A stretch of 64,000 nt of DNA from Pavona decussata (Eukaryota): the NCBI GenBank assembly GCA_977016875.1, contig CDRNST010000196.1, positions 2,914,001 to 2,978,000 of the forward strand, given 5' to 3'. Of this stretch, positions 57,016-64,000 are shown piece after piece; the first letter of the stretch is position 1; every line of letters begins with the position of its first letter. Under the pieces are notes generated by a model. That model was not told the DNA's origin, did not search any database, and saw only the letters and a list, made by a program, of their open reading frames with translations. The position numbers and the translations under genes were made by a program.

Positions 57016-60000
57016 TCAGACGGGCTTGCTATCAGCTGGCGGAAGAGCTCCGTCAGGCAGTGATTTGTACACGTGGATTTTTATCACACGCACCATTCCT
57101 CTAGACTTAAGAAAGAGATATACAACGAAAGACATGGTTGCAATTACTATGATCAACAAAACCACCCCCAGAATAAAGTATATCGTCTCTAAAACGATGT
57201 TACGGGCGGCATCGACAAACCGTTTGGATCCTTGTTTTAGACCTTCGCGGTACGCTTCTCCGTCGTAGTCTTCAAACAATGTTCCTTCTAGCGTCGGTAT
57301 AACGCAAGTATCTATGTCAAAATTTAGAACTGATGCCGTCAATGCCTGGATTTCGTTCAAGCATCTACTCGCGTCTTCATCCAGAGAACACAGTTGTTGT
57401 CGAAGGCGTTCAATGCGTTCTTGTTGTTCTATGTTGAAGCTCACTATCATTGCGTTGTACTCGGATATGGTTTTATTCACGGTTTCCTTGTACAGTTGCA
57501 TTTCATTGTTGTTGATGAAGTCTACTTGGTCAGCAATGGCAAGGTTAGTGAAATTATAGTCAGTATCGAGTCGAGACGCCATTAAATCATAACCACCAAG
57601 TTCTTCAATAACTGTAACGTTCATTACATTGAACACCAAGACGATCAGCAAGTATACAACAGAAGCTGCAGCAGCGATTATTATACACATAGGAATAATA
57701 TTCGTACGCATTATCTTTTTATGAAGGGTCTTGCAAAATGTCAGAAACATCAAGAACCCTTTGGCAAGGTTGTCGAAGACCTGTCTAACAAGTCTCTCAG
57801 CTCTTTCTTTGGTGGTGGACGGTTTTTCTTGAAATTCGTCCTCATCATGTTCAACAATTTCTTCGGAACCTTGGATTAAGCTTAAAACAAACTGAAATGT
57901 TTTCGATCCTCGATAGATCAAGAGTAGAATATCGATAACGTACACCACGCCCAAAATGGCTTTTTTGACAGCAATAAAAACGTCGGCCTCATACAAACTA
58001 GTGGTATTTTTAATCTTCCCTTCTCTTTGTAGAAATTCTTTCTTCTGTTCGTCGATTTGTTCTTCCATGATGTCTCCCTCTTCAATGTTAAAGAAGGATC
58101 CTCCGCGAGCCGATTCGATCAGTGAAGACTTACTCGCTTGGGACGAGTTTGCAGTTCCGTTGAAACCATCACCTTGCTCAAACATAATTCGTTCAGAGAA
58201 ACCTGCTTTACTAAGGATGTAATCAAATGTAGAGCTATTGGCAGCGAAAAAATCACTGAAATTTCCCGGAATGCACGCGGCCTTACTTTTTGCCAACTCC
58301 TTGCCTTCTTTATTAATCTTTCGTATCCTTGGATTCATTTGTTCCTTTGCAGCTTTTAACATGAATCTCAAAGGACACATGAGTATCATTGTAAATGGGT
58401 GTTCAGGAGATTTGCCTGTCCTAAGGACTTCAGAAAAATCCGCCAAACCGTCCTTGGCGAATTGGACTTTGTGTTTAATATTATTCTCAATTTCGTTCAT
58501 TCTATATTTATCTACAACTCCAAGAAAGTCGAGAAATCCAATGAAGGAATTGTCACCTATACTGCGTTTTCCTCTGGTTGAAGTTGCATGCCAATGAAGT
58601 CCTTGTGAAATCTCATGATCAATGAGGTCTTGCTTTAGTAGTACATTGTGTTTATTCGCTGCTATTTCTCTCTTTTTCCTTCTAGATTTGCCTTCTAACT
58701 GATAGGCCCCTTTTGCTAAGAGAAACCACTTATTGTCGTAGACTCTCCTTCCATATTCAGTCAAATGATCTACAGTGTCTTGTAGTTTTCTTTTTGTGCG
58801 CGCTTCGAACTCTTTTATCCGTTTCTTGGTTGCTATTTTTAACTCTTCCACTTTTTTGGTCACCTTTTCGACAATTTTCTTACTTAACTTATTAAATATT
58901 TTTAATTGATTTTCTTGGATTATACAACTCATGTTGTATCTTAGCCACTGGAGCTGTATTCCTAGAAAAAAATCACAGGACCTTTGGATGTCTTCACTAG
59001 CATCAAGAACACGTTTGACTTCTCTTTCACGATGCTGATCCATTCGAGAAGCGATGGCATTGCTTTCATGGATTTTGCTTTGGACAAAATCTTGATATTC
59101 CTGGATTGTTTTCAGATTAGGTCCGTGAAGAATGGTCAGCATGGCAAACGCCATTGAGAATGTGAACACTAAGCTGTAGACGATTCTAACTACAACAAAA
59201 AATACAACCAATATAAGATGTCTTCTCTTGAGCCTGTTGTCATGTTTGGGTTGATTCTTGGTTTTCCCAGGTTTACATATCTTTGTGCTCTTACGTGTAA
59301 TAAATGTCCACCGTGAAGGTTTATTATTAACTACAGGCTTGTGGGTAACCTGTGCATATATCATAAGTCCAAACAAACACAGTAGCACACACCCAGTCAC
59401 CACAAACACAGGCATCAATGTTATCCACGGATTTGGGTTTTCATCGTCATATTTTTTCACTGGTTCTTTGGATTTTCTTGATCCTTTGTCAACTACAGCC
59501 AGCTGAAACTTCAGTTTTTGATTAGAATCCGATAAAAATACTCTAAACAAAACCTCTTTGGCTAAAAGATTCTTTCGGGGAACGTGTACTTCTACTTTGA
59601 AATTGGTCTCGGGACAAAGTATCACTACGTCTTGTTCGAGGACTATGTGATCGTCAATTTCGTCGATGACTTGAAGAGTGAAGAAACCAGGACAGCTTGT
59701 TAAAGTTCCAGATATCTTTATTTTCCAAGTGCTGTTCGCTTGCGATATACTACTTTGAAATGTTTCATCGTTACGGATGTTCGAGTTGGTTAGGACGTAC
59801 TTGAAAATTGATTCGTCCTTTGAAATACTTACGGTCATCATAGGTAGTTGTCGGGGGTCTTGTATACGATAGGAAATCCCGCCTCCTGCTTGCACGCCAA
59901 GATTTTCTACATTCGCACGCTGTAAATCATGGTAAGTATTCCGAAATGTCTTCGACCAATCAGAGAGCTTCCCACAGTTTTCACCCTTACTCCAAGATCT

Positions 60001-63000
60001 GGTAGTTATCAAAAATGGCGTTTTCGTTTGAATTTTAACCGTTTTTTTCCCAAACGCGTTACCCAATGTTGTGTTTCCTCCCACCAGATTTGATATGCTG
60101 TATTGATACGGGTCTTTGTTCGATATTCTTTGGGCCCGGAGATAAAGAAGAGAGGAGATATTAAAATTTGTTAAATGCACTACTTCAAGAGGCCCTAATC
60201 GAGTTTTTCCTCTTTGTATCTTCGTGAATGGATCGTCATCTTTCTGTGGAGCCCTTAAAGTTTCTGACTTCCATTGCGAGCTAAAGCGCCCAGTCTTATG
60301 CCGTACGTGGTACCTCAGTGTGTATAGCGTCTCTGGAGAATCGTATTTAAGAACACAGTTAAACTTTAATAACAAATTGCTTGATTTATTCATTGCCAAC
60401 GTAAACTGGCTGGTGTCCCCTTTAGCGCAATGCTTTGGTATCTGGGTGCAGTTTGCCAAATTGTAGAAAGGCTTACAATCAACAAGACAGTTTTTATAGC
60501 AGCAGGAACAGGAGCCGCTGATTTTCATATCGTTTGATTTATCACAATATGAACATGTATCCCTGCAAATGCGACACTTTTGATACGCTTCAGTACAGTT
60601 AACTGTCGGGAATGACTGCAACGGGTTGTCCACGAATTCGTACTCTTTTATACCAAATATGTCGGTAACAAAATTCGTGTAATTTGTGCAATAAAGTTTG
60701 CTTGAGTCTAGTTGGAGTTTCACAAAAGTCTTGTTGTTATTCTGAGCTGTTTCCTCCGCTGTGTTGCATTTGTCGTTTAAAGATCTGTAATAGTACGTTT
60801 CCCCTGGTGATACATCTCTTGGACAGAGATCACGTGACTGTTGATAACACGTGGCCGGGTAAACCTTTGTCTGACGATCTTGTTTTAACTCGTGGTTAAT
60901 AGTATAGTGGTTCGGAGCTGGGTATCGACAGTGCTTTCTGGTCACTTCCTGAAACCCGCGCACATGAACAAATTCGTGATTCTCGTTTGAGTTCCTTGCA
61001 TCGTAATCGTTATATTTTGGAACGAAGTTTACTTGTTCGACTTCCACGTCCATGAAAAAGCTTGAGTTTCGGAATAAACGACCGCGCCTTGGCGAATTCC
61101 CTTGCAGCTGAAAGGTTACGTTTGCGCCAGTTAACTGTAACCGATCTTCGAGAAGCACCAGGTCTCTTGCTAGGTTTCGGACGATGATCTTTGAACCTGA
61201 TCGAACTAATAGAAATAAAAGGAGATGAAAGATGGTTAATGACAAGCTTGGTAATCCAAGGAAGGGACTCCTTTTCGTTTAATCCATTAGCTATCCACAC
61301 TCACAAATTATGATGAACATGATTATATCTTAAAATTCCGTGTAAATAAACAACATTTGCTGTATCAAAGTGTTACCAACAACACCCATTGACATTGACA
61401 TTGACAAGGGACTAGCGCTATAGAAATAAATTATTATTTTCCTTGTTATTATTGGCACAGGCCCAGTGGCAAATGCGTTCTTTGCATAACGTCAAAGTTG
61501 AAACACTTAATAACCCTTTTGAGTAACTCATTTGAGATTTTCCCAAAAGTAGGTTAAACTGTGTCAACGCAATTTGAAGCCTTGGCATCTATGATGCACG
61601 ACAAATGGTTGTCATAGCCGATAGCCAGTATCTACCAAAACGTCTTTCATCTTTGAAGATGCACAAAAAATAAGATATAAAGCGTTTTCATTCGCGTGAC
61701 TACCGGCCATATTGGTTTACAGAAACAAAAGAAAGTATCGGCATAAAAATAGAGTTCAATACCCAGAGGTTTAGTTTGGGATACCAACATGGCCGCCATT
61801 TCTTTGTTTTGGGACACCAACATGGCCGCCGTGACGTCATTTGAAAACACTCGACCACTGTGACAATGACAAGACTTTGTTGCGAATCAAAGTTATCATG
61901 ATAGATTGATATTTTTTGTCCACTTTGATTATTATTTTAATTTAACATCGCTTGAACATTAAAATAGTGGCCACCTCTTCGCTAACAGCCACAAAAATCT
62001 ACAAAAATTGAAGAAAACGTTTTCCGTTTCTATAACTTTAAGCCAGATAAAGGTAAGTTTTTCCCACGTATAATTTTTATCTCCAACATGTAATTTGGAA
62101 TGTAAATCCTCCAATTTGTAACTGTCGACTACAGATTCCTCAGTTTCTCCCGAATTCTCTGAAAGACTTACAATCAGCTTGACGCCTCAATGTTTCACCT
62201 TCCTTCGCTTGAAGGTAGGTTTCAAGTCAGATACTTACCCTCAAGAAAATCACTATCATTGGTGTCCTTGCTTAGAGTCAAGGGTTTGGAAATATCTGCA
62301 ATATAAAAGAGTGAAAAGAAGACCGCATGTTTTTCACTTATCTAGCAGAGACGATTCGGGATGAGCAGATACCAGAGAAATACATGAGTAAAACAGCGTT
62401 TTGATTTTAAATCATACGTTGACGGGCTGGGAAAAAAATCTTTCTACTCAGTTGTTTGCCTTGAGAAATCAAGAAGAATGATGACTTTCAAATACTAGGA
62501 GAGAAAGAAGGTGGACAAAAGACAGACGAACTTCTTACCGACGCATTTTCTGTCAAATGTTAATCCGCAACCATGCACTTGGTATGCCATCCCATCACAT
62601 GAAGAACTGCAAGCTGCGAGCAGAGCGAAAGAATACAAGTTTAATTTAGGCTTTAACGGTAAGAATACTACTTAATGTTAGGAAAAAGTTTTTCGCCGCA
62701 CATGCAAATTAAACTCAACCCCTGAACAAACGCCCATTAAACAGCCACCTCTTTAATCGCATGTACTAAGTATAAATGAGTGGAGAGCAGGTCGAACCGA
62801 GTTTGCCACTGGGAAAATGAAACCATTTTCGATTTGCCAAATTCAAGTTCCCGTTTGCCTTGCTGGAAGAATTTGATTTCTAGCAACAAAGGGAATCTTA
62901 TTAACTTAACTCAAACTTCAGTACTTTATGAAGTTTACCAACACGGCCGCACTGTGTTGGTTTGATATGGATGCTGTTCTCAGGATGAAAAATCTCGCAT

Positions 63001-63518
63001 GGCGCTCACATACGAAGGAGACCAACAATGTCCGAGTAAACAAGATTAAGGAGAAACTTCTTGCTCAAGACCTTGCCAAGAAGAACCACAACAAAAAGAT
63101 AATACTTAGTGGTGTGTGACATCAGCCAAGCAGGTGAGGCCATTTGACAATGGTTGCCTTGTTTCCAGAAACGCTGACAAAATTACAAGTAACCTACCTG
63201 TGCAAACACGGTCACGTGTCCGAGTGCATGATTCCGATTGGTAGTATCCTTCTGCGCATGGCTTGGTACTGCAGGCTTAACAGAAAAATGTCAGTTTGCC
63301 TATTATAATGCAAGAATAGAAATTGATGAAACGTAAGGTAAACTAGCACCACATAAAGGGAAACTATTGTAAATGGACAGTTGATTTACACGTACCATGA
63401 CAGGTGATTTGGTCTCCCCAGTAACCATCATTGCAAGTACACTTGAAACCGCCGACAGTGTTGATACATGTGGCATGCACGTGACAGGGATGCTTTAGGC
63501 TGGAACACTCATCCACAT
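57016..63518 (-). CDS. Large five-pass membrane glycoprotein with a Ca-binding EGF domain and TNFR-like Cys repeats; 5' end beyond the window
   Basis: Phase-1 exons 63518-63396 (DVDECSSLKHPCHVHATCINTVGGFKCTCNDGYWGDQITC, cbEGF), 63275-63198 (ACSTKPCAEGYYQSESCTRTRDRVC), 62613-62539 (ACSSSCDGMAYQVHGCGLTFDRKC) and 62295-62239, then a 4181-nt terminal exon 61196-57016 (ORF-track protein from GSKIIVRN onward) with 5 hydrophobic segments. Confidence 0.85.
61676..61852. repeat. Short interspersed repeat/MITE with a duplicated ACCAACATGGCCGCC motif
   Basis: Two copies of CCAACATGGCCGCC and imperfect inverted ends (AGCGTTTTCA / TGAAAACACT). A related fragment lies near 22690-22790. Confidence 0.6.
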
Positions 63519-64000
63519 CTGTAAGAAGTTTAAATTAAACATTGAGAACAGATCAGAAAAAAGCTGTTGACGTTTGCTGCAGTTGGTAATTTTCCTTAAT
63601 AAATACTTCCAACCTCACAGCATTTCTTCAATTGAATGAGAATATGCCTCATGTAACGACTCCTAGAACAAGAACTAGCTCCGTCCCTCGAAGAACCACA
63701 ACTTCAATATTGGGTGTCTTCGGAAGCCAACTCTCTGTTTCTCAAGGAGATATTAATTAAGTACTTTTCCGTTAAGTTTGCCATCGTAAACAATGCAGTT
63801 TTTAGGAATACCCGCTGGCTATCACCAGAATAAATGCTCTCTACTTCTTTATTTTCAGGAAGTTGAAATTTCCAGCAGAAGCTATGATAGTGACGATACT
63901 AACAAATGAAAAACTGTTAAGTTCCTAAACATACCATGACTACAATCCCCTCCTTTCATTTCATATCCTCTAAGACAGACACACTGTTGAGTTTGAACGT

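Noticed and set aside
57016-61245. Endogenous viral envelope gene (furin site plus fusion-like peptide)
   Set aside because: Five-TM topology, spliced EGF/TNFR exons and the absence of neighbouring viral genes or LTRs favour a cellular gene; kept only as a motif observation.
61989-63909. Plus-strand exon-like segments (61989-62052, 62135-62214, 63859 onward) that could make the membrane-protein gene nested in AGTPBP1
   Set aside because: AG/GT boundaries exist, but the translations show no recognisable similarity and cannot be linked in phase to AGTPBP1 with confidence; transcript data are needed.

Overview
Eukaryotic (animal) genomic DNA that is AT-rich, has GT-AG spliceosomal introns and contains one assembly gap. 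The SINE/MITE repertoire and gene style suggest a cnidarian, probably a stony coral (inference). Host genes in order: the 3' part of a cytosolic HSP70/HSC70 (+, ends 3876); a 13-exon PINCH/LIMS gene (-, 15772-24757); a 2-exon uncharacterised gene with an H-x-x-x-HD-x-x-GY...GPGYNYLG motif (-, 26497-28377); a 27-exon cytosolic carboxypeptidase AGTPBP1/CCP1-like gene (+, 30634 to about 52940); and the 3' part of a large EGF/TNFR-repeat, five-transmembrane protein gene (-, 57016 to beyond 63518). The standout is an apparently intact 6015-bp DNA transposon (5176-11190). It has ~300-bp TIRs (TATGG...CCATA), a perfect 6-bp TSD (TAGGTG), a spliced IS3/IS481-like DDE transposase and, converging on it, a 3-exon gene for a HECT-type E3 ubiquitin ligase with its catalytic Cys intact. 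It is best read as an IS3EU-type element carrying its own ubiquitin ligase. Many non-autonomous elements (piggyBac-, Kolobok- and Harbinger-like, TAG..CTA hairpin MITEs, a tRNA-derived SINE) lie in introns and intergenic DNA. All exon models were assembled by eye from splice sites and reading-frame continuity; no database searches were run.
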